A program made the position numbers and the translations under genes. Shown piece after piece: positions 1 to 8,315 of a stretch of 64,000 bases of DNA (positions within the stretch are counted from its first letter, which is position 1; each line of letters begins with the position of its first letter). A model generated the notes under the pieces. That model searched no databases and was not told where the DNA came from. It was given only the letters and a program-made list of their open reading frames with translations. The stretch lies in IMG/VR virus record IMGVR_UViG_3300045988_168437. One strand, written 5' to 3'. This stretch comes from a virus.

Positions 1-198
1 TCCTTCAGCATAAGATGTGTTTACATAGTAATGAATTCTTGTTTCATTATCCATAACTTCTGTTACAGTATATCCATTTATTTTCTTTTCTTTTGAAATA
101 ATAGTAAATCCTTTTGTTTCAGTTATTCCTTTACATCCTGTTGTACTAAAACAGAATATACCAATTATTCCAATTAGTAATATTTTTTTAATTTTCAT
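1..198 (-). CDS. putative lipoprotein, N-terminal part (C-terminus lies beyond the left edge)
   Basis: ATG at 198-196 with AAAGGAAA upstream. N-terminus MKIKKILLIGIIGIFCFSTTGC looks like a signal peptide plus lipobox cysteine. Confidence 0.5.
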   Translation of the reverse strand, partial: MKIKKILLIGIIGIFCFSTTGCKGITETKGFTIISKEKKINGYTVTEVMDNETRIHYYVNTSYAEG

Positions 199-214
199 GT
201 TTATTTCCTTTCTG

Positions 215-400
215 TTAAACTAAAATACATATTGTTTTGCCACATTTTGAACATGTAATATAAATACAATATTCTCCTTTTGTTATTTCAAAGTTCTTTA
301 CATTTCCTAATTGAACTTCTCCATATTCATCAAAGTTATTTGTTTCTTTTATTTCACTTTCATTTCCACAGTCACATATAATTCTCATATCATTCACCAT
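215..400 (-). CDS. small Cys-rich (CxC...CxxC) hypothetical protein
   Basis: ORF track, 61 aa. Start overlaps the stop of the upstream small ORF. Confidence 0.5.
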   Translation of the reverse strand: MVNDMRIICDCGNESEIKETNNFDEYGEVQLGNVKNFEITKGEYCIYITCSKCGKTICILV

Positions 401-551
401 TATCTGTACTATAATAAATTAAAATTATTCTTCCATATCTTAAACTATTATCACATAATATTGAAATTATTGATTTAGGATATATCTTATTTTCATTTAA
501 ATAATCCTTTAAATCCATATAATCATCAAAATATTCTACTTTATATTCCAT
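390..551 (-). CDS. small hypothetical protein (53 aa, below the ORF-track cutoff)
   Basis: ATG at 551-549 preceded by AGGGG. Reads MEYKVEYFDDYMDLKDYLNENK... and its stop overlaps the next ATG. Confidence 0.45.
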   Translation of the reverse strand: MEYKVEYFDDYMDLKDYLNENKIYPKSIISILCDNSLRYGRIILIYYSTDNGE

Positions 552-560
552 AAGACACCC

Positions 561-1148
561 CTATTTCTTAGATAAATTGTAATTATCAACTAGCCAACTG
601 AAACGACAATTGCGCCCGTTGTTTTTACTTAAGCTATAATCACATTTAGAACAAGATGTTTCATAACAGTATGTTCTAAATTCATCATCTATTTCTTTAT
701 TTATTGTCTTCTCATTAGGAGCTAATTTAGCGTACTTCCAAGAGACTACAATAAGATTGTTTGGACGTGAAGTACTCCAAGATGTAGCTCCATTTGTAAA
801 AGTGAAAACTTTCCCATTTTCATATTTAGCAAAGTATCGTCTATCCCATTTTACATTTTCGCTATTCTTTACTAAAACTTTTGTATCGACTGGGATTTTA
901 CTCCAATCTATTTCATCTCTTTTCCAAATCGTTTTACCCCCATTATCAAATATTTTCACTATATCGAAATTAGATGATTTTTTTGAGATTAAGTCATCTT
1001 CATAAGTTTCTAAGAAGTCCCACAATGTTTCACATGGAACTAAAGTATGTTCAATAGTTTTAATATATACCATGCCTTCAATAACATAATAAGTACTACC
1101 CATTCTTAATTCAAAAAGCATTCCATTTATTATTTCTGATTTTTGCAT
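561..1148 (-). CDS. hypothetical protein with C-terminal DWSK(I/V)P...W domain (three-member paralogue family)
   Basis: Start moved to the ATG at 1148, which follows a strong AAGGAGG. The C-terminal domain is shared with ORFs 40752-41411 and 50878-51228. Confidence 0.65.
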   Translation of the reverse strand: MQKSEIINGMLFELRMGSTYYVIEGMVYIKTIEHTLVPCETLWDFLETYEDDLISKKSSNFDIVKIFDNGGKTIWKRDEIDWSKIPVDTKVLVKNSENVKWDRRYFAKYENGKVFTFTNGATSWSTSRPNNLIVVSWKYAKLAPNEKTINKEIDDEFRTYCYETSCSKCDYSLSKNNGRNCRFSWLVDNYNLSKK

Positions 1149-1149
1149 A

Positions 1150-1848
1150 TTAAACCTCCTTTGTAACATCGTTAATATTTCCACCAAAAGAACTATTTTG
1201 GCTTTCTATGAAATCTATAAATTTTTCATAAAAATCTCTTAATGATAAATCTGTATTTATTGTTCCTGATATTTCAAATATATTCTTTGATACACTCCAT
1301 TCTATTACTTCGAATTCATTCGATTTAAAAAATCCACAAGAGCTATATCCTAATTCCTCTCTATATGATATAAACTCGAAGCAAATTCTTTCTTTATAAT
1401 CTTTCCACCCTAAGTAACAAGCTTCTAATAAATTATTTATTTCTATTTCTTTATTTTGATTTATCCAACAGAGAAATTCTGCTACTTCTTGTTGTGTTTT
1501 ACAGTGAATTGCAATGTTTTCAGAAGCAAATATATCCCATGTTAAATTTTCTCTAGTTATAGTTTTATCTGGTTTCCATTCATAATAAGTTTTTTCAAAA
1601 TCATCCATCAATCCCCAACTTACTCTTTTATTTAGTCTATTAACATTATAAAATGTTTTTCCCTTGTATGCATTCCAATAAGTATTATTTAATGTTTCAA
1701 AGTCGTTTCCAGTTACTGCCCACTTGAAACCATTTTCACCTAAGAAGTTTAATAAATCCATAGCTGCTCTTTCTGTTTTACAGTTGATATTAACTTCTGT
1801 TAAATCACTAGTAAATTCTTTAAATATATTCCTATTTAATATTGCCAT
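1150..1848 (-). CDS. hypothetical protein
   Basis: ORF track, 232 aa, with GAGGTAGG SD upstream. Confidence 0.65.
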   Translation of the reverse strand: MAILNRNIFKEFTSDLTEVNINCKTERAAMDLLNFLGENGFKWAVTGNDFETLNNTYWNAYKGKTFYNVNRLNKRVSWGLMDDFEKTYYEWKPDKTITRENLTWDIFASENIAIHCKTQQEVAEFLCWINQNKEIEINNLLEACYLGWKDYKERICFEFISYREELGYSSCGFFKSNEFEVIEWSVSKNIFEISGTINTDLSLRDFYEKFIDFIESQNSSFGGNINDVTKEV

Positions 1849-2411
1849 TTTCCTACCTCTTTCTTATACACATAGTAATAAAAAATATTATCAATAGCTA
1901 TCCCAATAAACATTAGAAGGAATCCTAACTTTGTCGGTAATACTATTAAAGAACTAAATGCATATCCTATAATACAAGCTATATTATTATAATAAACAGT
2001 CTTGTTATCAAATTTTTCCCTGTCTTCTCCTTCGTATCTTAACGATTTTAAACGAACTCCTGCACATATGATATTTCTTGTTATTAAGGAGCTTAATATA
2101 GCATCTGACATAAAGAAGAATAATGGAGATATTCCATCTACTATAAACAAATAAATCAATATGCCATATAGAATAACTTCTATTGATAAGAAAAAGGAAA
2201 AAGCTCTATAAAGAACTTTTCCTTTAGATAACCAAATCTTTGTTATTAATACAGTAAGAACACAATTTAACAAACTAGCTATGCTAAGAAGATTAGAAGT
2301 TATTGCACTTACAGTTACTGTATGAACAATTGGATATGCAATAGAATAAAACAAACTACTAGAAAATCCTGCTATCAATAATTTATCTTTATTTTTGTTT
2401 ATTTGCACCAA
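1836..2411 (-). CDS. multi-pass membrane protein
   Basis: 191 aa with several hydrophobic helices. GTG start. Confidence 0.55.
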   Translation of the reverse strand: MVQINKNKDKLLIAGFSSSLFYSIAYPIVHTVTVSAITSNLLSIASLLNCVLTVLITKIWLSKGKVLYRAFSFFLSIEVILYGILIYLFIVDGISPLFFFMSDAILSSLITRNIICAGVRLKSLRYEGEDREKFDNKTVYYNNIACIIGYAFSSLIVLPTKLGFLLMFIGIAIDNIFYYYVYKKEVGKWQY

Positions 2412-2576
2412 ACCACCATACTCCCATTATGAATCCTATACATATTCCAATTATAAGTTTAACCATATTATCACCTCTTTAGTTAGTATTTTTATATCTA
2501 TTCTTATGATTTAATTATATAATTTTAATATCAATGTGTCAACATAAAATAGTAAGAAAAGAGAGGAAATTCCTCT

Positions 2577-2846
2577 CTAATCCTTCATGCTATCATATAT
2601 ATTACTTATAGTCTTTTTAAAAGTATTATCTTTATTCTCTTTTGGTTTAGTAACCTTTGTAACAGGCTTACTCTTTTGAGAGGGAGTAGCTGCTAAAACT
2701 ACCCCCTTAAGCATAAACTTTCTTTCTAATAACATTCTTTCAAGTGCTTGACTGTTTGTAGAAAGTCCATTTTCCTCTTTATAAGCTTTTACATCGTCAT
2801 ACAAGTCTTTAGAGAGAGAATAACTAGTCGTTATCTTCTTCGCCAT
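2577..2846 (-). CDS. parR: ParR-like ribbon-helix-helix centromere-binding protein
   Basis: 89 aa located directly downstream of, and overlapping, the ParM-like gene. The N-terminus has an RHH-like pattern (KKITTSYSLSKDLYDDVKAY...ALERMLLE). Confidence 0.55.
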   Translation of the reverse strand: MAKKITTSYSLSKDLYDDVKAYKEENGLSTNSQALERMLLERKFMLKGVVLAATPSQKSKPVTKVTKPKENKDNTFKKTISNIYDSMKD

Positions 2847-3777
2847 CTATCTCGCCTCCAAACTGCTCTGAACAGATGTAATAAAGTCCTTCGGCAGTAG
2901 CCATTTGAGGATTCTCTATCATCTTATATTTATTGTCAAAATTAAGTCTCATAGAAGTTCCTCCTGCTATTCTAATATCCATTTCATCTGTATTCTTCCA
3001 GATGTCAGAAATGTATTGATTAAGTTTTTCTGACATAAGTTCATAAGCAGATTCTTTCATTTCTTCTGTGGCTGGCTCTGTATCGAAGTCTATTTCAAAA
3101 GTTTCCTTAGAAAGATTCTTCTTCATAAGTCTATCTCTAACTATCTTTAATGCATCTTTATTTCCATATTCCAATGTAGAAGATAAACTATCTCTAAATC
3201 TGCCTCCTCTTTCAAAATAACTAAATTCAGAAGTATTAAAACCAACTGAAACAAGACCAACATGATTATGCTCATTATCTATAAGTCCTTTGTATCTAAG
3301 TCCCATAAGAGCAGCATCTGCTTCTCTGAATATATTTATATTATTTACAGTAACTCTCTTAGTAGTATTATTTATAGCATCTTGTATTTCAAATGTTTTA
3401 CCTTGATATTTATTTATTACCTTACACATCTCTGACTTTCTAAAGCTCTTATTAGGGACTCCTAGCATGATAGAAACATTATCTTCAACTGCTGCTTGAA
3501 GAAGTCCTGTAACAAATAATAATTCGGCAGTTCTTGAAACCTTAGAATCATTATTATTTCTAATTGGGGAATAACTTTCTTTTTCAGATAATTCTCCTAC
3601 AAAATACTTCTTACTTTCATATCCTATACAGATAGGAGCTTCATATTTATCAAAATCTATATCTTCGGTTCTTCCATCTCCCACGATACTTTTGAATACA
3701 AATTCTTTAGGTTTGTTGTTAATAACTGTAAATATCTTTACAAACCCTCTCCCAATATCCATACCTATATATTGCAT
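2824..3777 (-). CDS. parM: ParM/Alp-like actin-fold partition ATPase
   Basis: N-terminus MQYIGMDIGRGFVKI (DxGxxxxK phosphate-1 motif) and IRIAGGTSM near the C-terminus. Start set at the ATG at 3777, after GGAGGT. Confidence 0.7.
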   Translation of the reverse strand: MQYIGMDIGRGFVKIFTVINNKPKEFVFKSIVGDGRTEDIDFDKYEAPICIGYESKKYFVGELSEKESYSPIRNNNDSKVSRTAELLFVTGLLQAAVEDNVSIMLGVPNKSFRKSEMCKVINKYQGKTFEIQDAINNTTKRVTVNNINIFREADAALMGLRYKGLIDNEHNHVGLVSVGFNTSEFSYFERGGRFRDSLSSTLEYGNKDALKIVRDRLMKKNLSKETFEIDFDTEPATEEMKESAYELMSEKLNQYISDIWKNTDEMDIRIAGGTSMRLNFDNKYKMIENPQMATAEGLYYICSEQFGGEIDGEEDND

Positions 3778-3805
3778 ATTATTACCTCCAATATGTTTTT
3801 CTTTA

Positions 3806-3834
3806 ATAGTAGCACATATAATTTTTATTTGCAA
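3806..3834 (-). promoter_or_regulatory. parMR promoter candidate
   Basis: On the minus strand: TTGCAA (3834-3829), 17 nt spacer, TACTAT (3811-3806). Confidence 0.55.
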
Positions 3835-3846
3835 TAATTTTTTGTT

Positions 3847-3974
3847 AATATATCGTTAATTTTTCATTAGTGTTTAAAAATATATTAATATATCATTGAG
3901 AAACAATTAATATCTTGTGAATATATCATTAACATTCCTGATGCACTATATTTTTCTGTGAATATATCATTAGT
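3847..3974. repeat. parC-like centromere: four direct repeats of (G)AATATATC(A/G)TTA
   Basis: Copies start at about 3847, 3887, 3920 and 3961, spaced 33-41 bp apart, immediately upstream of the parMR promoter. Confidence 0.65.
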
Positions 3975-4185
3975 AAACCATGAGTATATAACTGACACTC
4001 TCTATACAAGATTTAGAGCGTTTTGTTTTTCTTCCCTTTGTAATTTATCAATATTATTATAATCAAACTCTTAGAATGGCTCTGACGGGGTTGTATAGTA
4101 AGTATGTAAACATTCTATTTTTCATATAGATTTTGCCGTCTTTAAATTATGAATTTTATAATATAATTTCTTGCATTTTTTATTT

Positions 4186-4330
4186 GGAGATTTGGGATTA
4201 GGAGGAGATGTGTGGGGTTTTATTGAGTGTTGGAGGGGTGATTTTGTAGTGTGTCTGCTGCGTAAACAACTGTTGTCGCCTGCCTGAAATACTCGGAAAA
4301 AATTTCCTAAAACTGGGGGGTGGGGGGATA
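4186..4330. other. G-rich (plus-strand) island in an AT-rich desert; candidate ncRNA or DNA structural site
   Basis: Contains GGAGGAG, GTGGGG, GGAGGGG and GGGGGGTGGGGGG (4315-4327), plus the palindrome ACAACTGTTGT. No ORF. Confidence 0.3.
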
Positions 4331-4451
4331 AATTCTATATAATAATTATATTATATCTACTATTTGAAAATAGGAGCATGATTTTTAAAAAAGGCTACTG
4401 GGAGAGGTTCTAAAATTTTACTTGCATTTTTTACGGTGAATAATTGAAAAA

Positions 4452-4553
4452 TTGCAATTGTTTATAAATTGCAAGCCCTTACATTTTTTCGTCAATTTGC
4501 TTAAATCGTCTGACAATTTACTACAATTGCATAATCCCTCATTAAACTTGCAA
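4452..4553. repeat. cluster of TTGCAA / CAATTGCA motifs
   Basis: At least four copies (4452, 4469, 4524, 4548) within about 100 bp. Confidence 0.5.
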
Positions 4554-4957
4554 TTCGACTCCAAAGTTTCATTAATAAAAAAATATAATAATATTTAATA
4601 ATTTATTTAAAAAATAATCCCTTTATTGTCTGAAATTCCATATAATTTTATTATATAACTTTATTGATTTTATGATATAATATAGACAATATAATATATT
4701 ATTTTTACATTTATTCATAGAATTAAAATACTAATGTATTATACTATTATAATTTATAATTAAATATTAAACAATAACTCATATTATATAATATAGTGTC
4801 GAATACATATAACATTTATTAAAAACAGTAACAGTCCATATGGCTTTTTAAAGCCTTTGCATTCCCTTCCTAATACCTTTATACTTTTAAAGCTTTAAAC
4901 TCTTTATAAGCTTAATAACAGGTTATTAGCCTTATAACCTATAATTTACTATTTATA

Positions 4958-5084
4958 AACAAATAGTTTACTAATACTATACTTTAAAAAAAATTAGTAT
5001 TTATATACTAAAAGTTTACTAATACTATACTAAAATAAGTTTAATATTTTTAAACAAATAGTTTACTAATACTATACTTTAAAC
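4958..5084. repeat. iterons: three copies of AGTTTACTAATACTATAC
   Basis: Copies at 4965-4982, 5013-5030 and 5060-5077 (47-48 bp spacing), with a degenerate fourth copy near 5098-5130. Flanked by an extremely AT-rich tract at 4560-4800. Confidence 0.7.
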
Positions 5085-5696
5085 AAGTATATTTATATTA
5101 AACAAATAGTATATAAATATTAAACTTTAAAATTAGGTTTTTTACCTTCTAAAATCCAGTTTAAAAAGCCTATTTTATAAAGGTATAAAAGTACTATATA
5201 TATATTTAGAGTACTTTTATATTGTCAATTAAGGAATATATAACAGGCTTTTTTATCCCTGTTATATTATATCTAACAACTAACTGGTAAAAGATTATAT
5301 ATTAATAGAGGGGATATTATAACCTTGTAACCTGTTATATAGATAATACTAGATATTTACAACTGGATAACTGGATAATAGATTAACACTAGTTAATAAC
5401 TAGTACTCTATATAAGAATATAATAGCCTTATGCTTTATTAATAATATAAATTATCCATAAGCTATATAAAACCTCTTACATTGGCAATACGGGGATATT
5501 TTAGCCTATACAGTATTTTCAGGAATATATAACCATACCATATAAATTTATTTTTATGGATAAATAAAGTTTTTTAAGAAATATTATTTTTATTATTGAA
5601 ATATTAAACTAGATAGTATACTATTAAAGTATCTTAATTGATAAAACATCTTATATTAATAGCTTAAAACTTTTTTAAAAACTTTTTATAAAGTAG

Positions 5697-5725
5697 TTGA
5701 CAATATAAAGTATATAAGCTACAAT
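5697..5725 (+). promoter_or_regulatory. sigma-70-type promoter
   Basis: TTGACA, 17 nt spacer, TACAAT. Confidence 0.65.
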
Positions 5726-5796
5726 ATAAGAAACAGTACTTTTAATATATTAGTTAACAGGCTTTAAAAAAAGTTTAAAAACTTTTAAAAAAGTAG

Positions 5797-5825
5797 TTGA
5801 CAAGTGATTAAAAAAGTACTATACT
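5797..5825 (+). promoter_or_regulatory. sigma-70-type promoter (tandem copy exactly 100 bp downstream of the previous one)
   Basis: TTGACA, 17 nt spacer, TATACT. The upstream AAAACTTTT...AAGTAGTTGACA context is duplicated. Confidence 0.65.
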
Positions 5826-5891
5826 TAAATTAATAAATGAGTTGATAGTTTTACACTAAAAACTTATTTATTACATATTAACCATAGGAAG

Positions 5892-5921
5892 TTGACTTAT
5901 TCAACTACTATACTTTATAAT
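5892..5921 (+). promoter_or_regulatory. sigma-70-type promoter
   Basis: TTGACT, 18 nt spacer, TATAAT. Confidence 0.55.
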
Positions 5922-6189
5922 AAAGGGGACTAGTAAAGTATTAGTTATCTTATATCCTCACCTAAACAACTTGTAGCTTTATAACTTGTACGGTAAAATA
6001 GAATATTCGACAACTTTGGAAAATCCTTCAATATACCGACTACTCTTTATGTAGTAGCTCATTCTAGTATATTAAAAGCCTGTATCTTGAAGTGCTTAAG
6101 AGTGCTTGGAGTTAGGAGTGTAAGAGTAACAACTCTTTGGATTAAGAATAAATTTTTATCTTTAACCTTTTAACCCTTTTTAAAGGTTT

Positions 6190-6220
6190 GGGGGATACCT
6201 GTTTAAAATCCCCTGTTTTA
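6190..6220 (+). terminator. hairpin plus U-tract in the operon leader (possible attenuator)
   Basis: GGGGAT (6191-6196) pairs with ATCCCC (6208-6213), followed by TGTTTTAAAATT. Confidence 0.3.
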
Positions 6221-6292
6221 AAATTAATCTTTGGGTATAAGGTGACAACTTTATACTCAAATACTAGTTTTAAAATAAAAGGGGGATATAAA

Positions 6293-6496
6293 ATGATAAA
6301 TTTAAGAAAAAAACCAGTAGAGACTAAAAATTATAGTGTGCAATTAAACAAAAACGATAGCTTACTATTTAAAGCATTCTTAAAAGGACTTGGAGCAACA
6401 TATGAAACAAGTGCTTGTTATGAGAAAATCCATTTTGAATTAACTTTAAATCGTATGGAATTAGGCAAAGTTGCTAGTTTTTTAAATGAATTATAA
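6293..6496 (+). CDS. small hypothetical protein (67 aa)
   Basis: The ATG at 6293 follows AAAAGGGGGATATAAA. The track ORF from 6188 uses an unlikely upstream TTG. Confidence 0.6.
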   Translation: MINLRKKPVETKNYSVQLNKNDSLLFKAFLKGLGATYETSACYEKIHFELTLNRMELGKVASFLNEL

Positions 6497-6504
6497 TTAT
6501 TCAA

Positions 6505-6521
6505 GGGACTTTAAAAGTCCC
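6505..6521 (+). other. conserved hairpin 5 nt upstream of the HDV-like cleavage site
   Basis: GGGACTTTAAAAGTCCC. Confidence 0.7.
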
Positions 6522-6526
6522 TATAT

Positions 6527-6587
6527 GGTTCTAGTGATTGATAACCTTCTCGTGGTGGGACTGAATTCGACTAATTTCAATCAATCA
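6527..6587 (+). ncRNA. HDV-like self-cleaving ribozyme candidate A
   Basis: P1 GGUUCUA (6527-33) pairs with UGGGACU (6556-62), starting with a G1-U wobble. P2 UGAUUGAU/AUCAAUCA. P3-L3 CC-UUCUCGU-GG, then GA (P1.1), then GACUAA (J4/2 C candidate). Predicted cut 6526|6527. Confidence 0.75.
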
Positions 6588-6613
6588 AATTTTGGATAAA
6601 AGGGGATAAAAAA

Positions 6614-6928
6614 ATGAAAAAATTAAATTTAAGTGGTGGTTTTCAAGTTTGGGCAACAACTGACTATATTCCAAAAATTGGTCATATTTTGATAACTTTA
6701 GACAATGAACCTATTCCAAGCAATCCAAGTGCATGGGATAAAAATTGTCGTATTTATAAGATAGTTAACAACTTTGAAGACTATGAAATTGATGAAATTT
6801 TAGAAAATCAAGAAATTTCTTTAGATTTAATTTTACCTATTCGATTTTATGTAGACTTTAATAAAATTGATAGCAATAACTTTAAAATCATAGTCAATCG
6901 AGCTTTAAAACACTTAAACAGGGATTAA
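6614..6928 (+). CDS. hypothetical protein (104 aa)
   Basis: ORF track. AAAAGGGGATAAAAAA precedes the ATG. Confidence 0.7.
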   Translation: MKKLNLSGGFQVWATTDYIPKIGHILITLDNEPIPSNPSAWDKNCRIYKIVNNFEDYEIDEILENQEISLDLILPIRFYVDFNKIDSNNFKIIVNRALKHLNRD

Positions 6929-6936
6929 TAAATCCC
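6921..6936 (+). other. hairpin upstream of the HDV-like cleavage site (overlaps the stop codon)
   Basis: GGGATTAATAAATCCC. Confidence 0.6.
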
Positions 6937-6941
6937 TTCAT

Positions 6942-6994
6942 GGTAGCAAGAGTCAACCTCCCCGTGGTGCTACTGGATAATCAACTAATGACTC
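6942..6994 (+). ncRNA. HDV-like self-cleaving ribozyme candidate B (minimal, no P4)
   Basis: P1 GGUAGCA/UGCUACU (7 bp, G1-U wobble). P2 GAGUCA/UGACUC. P3-L3 CC-UCCCCGU-GG, GG after P1 (P1.1), and CUAA just before the P2 3' strand. Predicted cut 6941|6942. Confidence 0.8.
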
Positions 6995-7023
6995 AAATAT
7001 AATAATGTAAAGGGGATAAAAAG

Positions 7024-7362
7024 ATGTTAAAAGAAAAATTAAACCAAATTAAAGAAAATTCAGAAGGGATTAAACTATTTGTAATTGACGATATTTTAGA
7101 ATTCAACGAAAGTGATGACGAAATAACAGGTTATGTAAATGATGTATTAAATTATGGTTGTTCTAGTGGTTGTGTATCAAGTTTGATTTATTATAGTGAT
7201 ACAGACAAATTTTTTACAAAATATCATGATGAAATACTTGAAATGTTAGAAGACTTTAAAAATGAATGTGATATAAACTTTGAAATTAATTCAAATAACC
7301 TTGCATGGTTTGGATATGAAGAGACTTTAAGATGTTTAGCAAGTGAATTAGGTATTTGGTAA
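7024..7362 (+). CDS. acidic hypothetical protein (112 aa)
   Basis: ORF track with AAAGGGGATAAAAAG SD context. Confidence 0.7.
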   Translation: MLKEKLNQIKENSEGIKLFVIDDILEFNESDDEITGYVNDVLNYGCSSGCVSSLIYYSDTDKFFTKYHDEILEMLEDFKNECDINFEINSNNLAWFGYEETLRCLASELGIW

Positions 7363-7368
7363 AATGAA

Positions 7369-7385
7369 GGGACTTTTAAAGTCCC
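7369..7385 (+). other. conserved hairpin upstream of the HDV-like cleavage site
   Basis: GGGACTTTTAAAGTCCC. Confidence 0.7.
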
Positions 7386-7390
7386 TAAAT

Positions 7391-7451
7391 GATAGCAAGA
7401 GTTTACCTCCCCGTGGTGCTATTGGAAACAAGGGAACTTGGCTAAAAACTC
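7391..7451 (+). ncRNA. HDV-like self-cleaving ribozyme candidate C
   Basis: P1 GAUAGCA/UGCUAUU. P2 GAGUUU/AAACUC. CC-UCCCCGU-GG, then GG. P4 CAAG-GGAA-CUUG, then GCUAA. Predicted cut 7390|7391. Confidence 0.8.
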
Positions 7452-7479
7452 AAATTTTAGATAAAAGGGGATAAAAAAG

Positions 7480-8028
7480 ATGAAAAATTTAGTAAACTTA
7501 AACGATTTCGAAATAAACAGAGAGAGTGCAAAAATGATGCTTGAAAACAATAGTGAGTTTAGAATGACACTTGAAAATAGTGCTTTTGATAACGAATGTT
7601 TTTATATCAAAGAAGAATATTTAGATTTATTACCTACTGTAAAATATAATATAGATTTCTGTAAAACAAGTTTAAGCATAGGGAATAGTGATGTATACGA
7701 TTTACTTTATGATATAATTTCAGAGTCCGAAACATGGATAGCACACCTTGATGATGTTGAAATTCTTATGCAAAAGATGGAAACTTTCAGAAACATGATG
7801 GGAAATATTGCGGGATATAGTTATCAATATGAAAGACTTGAAAATCGAGCTACTAAACTAATAGAAGAGTTTTTGGAAATCCTTGAAAAACATCTTGAAA
7901 GCATAATTGATGGGATTAATGATGACTATATTGTAGATGATATTCTTAATTCGTGTTTTGATGAAATTTGGAGTGGAATATATATCAATCCTAAGACTTT
8001 TGAATTATACGAGTTAAAACATCTATAA
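7480..8028 (+). CDS. acidic hypothetical protein, paralogue of 9857-10411
   Basis: Shares LVNL(N/S)DFE(I/L)NRE(S/N)AKM(M/I)LENNSEFR and the C-terminal IYINPKT..LYELKHL with ORF 9857. Confidence 0.75.
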   Translation: MKNLVNLNDFEINRESAKMMLENNSEFRMTLENSAFDNECFYIKEEYLDLLPTVKYNIDFCKTSLSIGNSDVYDLLYDIISESETWIAHLDDVEILMQKMETFRNMMGNIAGYSYQYERLENRATKLIEEFLEILEKHLESIIDGINDDYIVDDILNSCFDEIWSGIYINPKTFELYELKHL

Positions 8029-8033
8029 AAATG

Positions 8034-8115
8034 AAGGCGAAATTCGAAACAAGGACCACGGTCCTTGTCTGTAAGTAATGAGTTGCTTATACTGACGAGA
8101 TAGCTCGAGCCTTAC
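8034..8115 (+). ncRNA. type II hammerhead ribozyme candidate HH1
   Basis: C-GAAAC; stem III AAGGACC/GGUCCUU; GUC cut site (8069|8070); stem I UGUAAG/CUUAUA; CUGACGAG. Loop I GAGUU pairs with downstream AGCUC. Closing helix AAGGC/GCCUU. Confidence 0.8.
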
Positions 8116-8141
8116 AAATAAATAAAAAGGGGATAAAAAAG

Positions 8142-8315
8142 ATGAAAAAAAGTGTAAAAATCATGGTAGTTTCAGGAATATTAGTAATAGGAATGATGGT
8201 ATTTCATAAACCATTAACCTTAAAAGCTATGGATTTAGTAGATTATTACGGAGAAAAAACTGGTAAAAATGTTGTAGAAATGATAGACTTTTTAAATGAA
8301 GTTTATTATCTATAA
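8142..8315 (+). CDS. small membrane protein (57 aa, below the ORF-track cutoff)
   Basis: ATG follows AAAAGGGGATAAAAAAG. Reads MKKSVKIMVVSGILVIGMMVFHK... (hydrophobic N-terminus). Flanked by HH1 and HDV-D. Confidence 0.55.
   Translation: MKKSVKIMVVSGILVIGMMVFHKPLTLKAMDLVDYYGEKTGKNVVEMIDFLNEVYYL

Noticed and set aside
757-1005. Antisense or overlapping ORFs from the track (e.g. 757-1005+, 10374-10628-, 11206-11388-, 11562-11750-, 12895-13125-, 13267-13449-, 15130-15387-, 15845-16135-, 16192-16602-, 17284-17502-, 19048-19275-, 24302-24499-, 29721-29918-, 30898-31206-, 33504-33894-, 33896-34126-, 34394-34591-, 37531-37836-, 37855-38064-, 40336-40524-, 43118-43336-, 43831-44253-, 45630-45860-, 48770-49018-, 50768-50950-, 51202-51402-, 51438-51632-, 51706-51915-, 52082-52270-, 52501-52803-, 53369-53599-, 54524-54736-, 56338-56547-, 60677-60871-, 62569-62766-, 63641-63835-)
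   Set aside because: They lie antisense to, or nested in, longer ORFs with recognisable motifs or good SDs. They lack SDs and have the F/L/I/S-rich composition expected from the complement of AT-rich coding sequence.
8034-8115. Alternative reading of the hammerhead modules as a simple long hairpin with a conserved ACUUAUACUGACGAGAU loop (e.g. a protein-binding site)
   Set aside because: The full set of invariant hammerhead nucleotides is present in the correct circular order in all six copies: CUGANGA-G, C-GAAA, an A15.1-U16.1 pair, and GUC. Stems I and III covary independently. The long-hairpin pairing is better interpreted as the type II tertiary pseudoknot.
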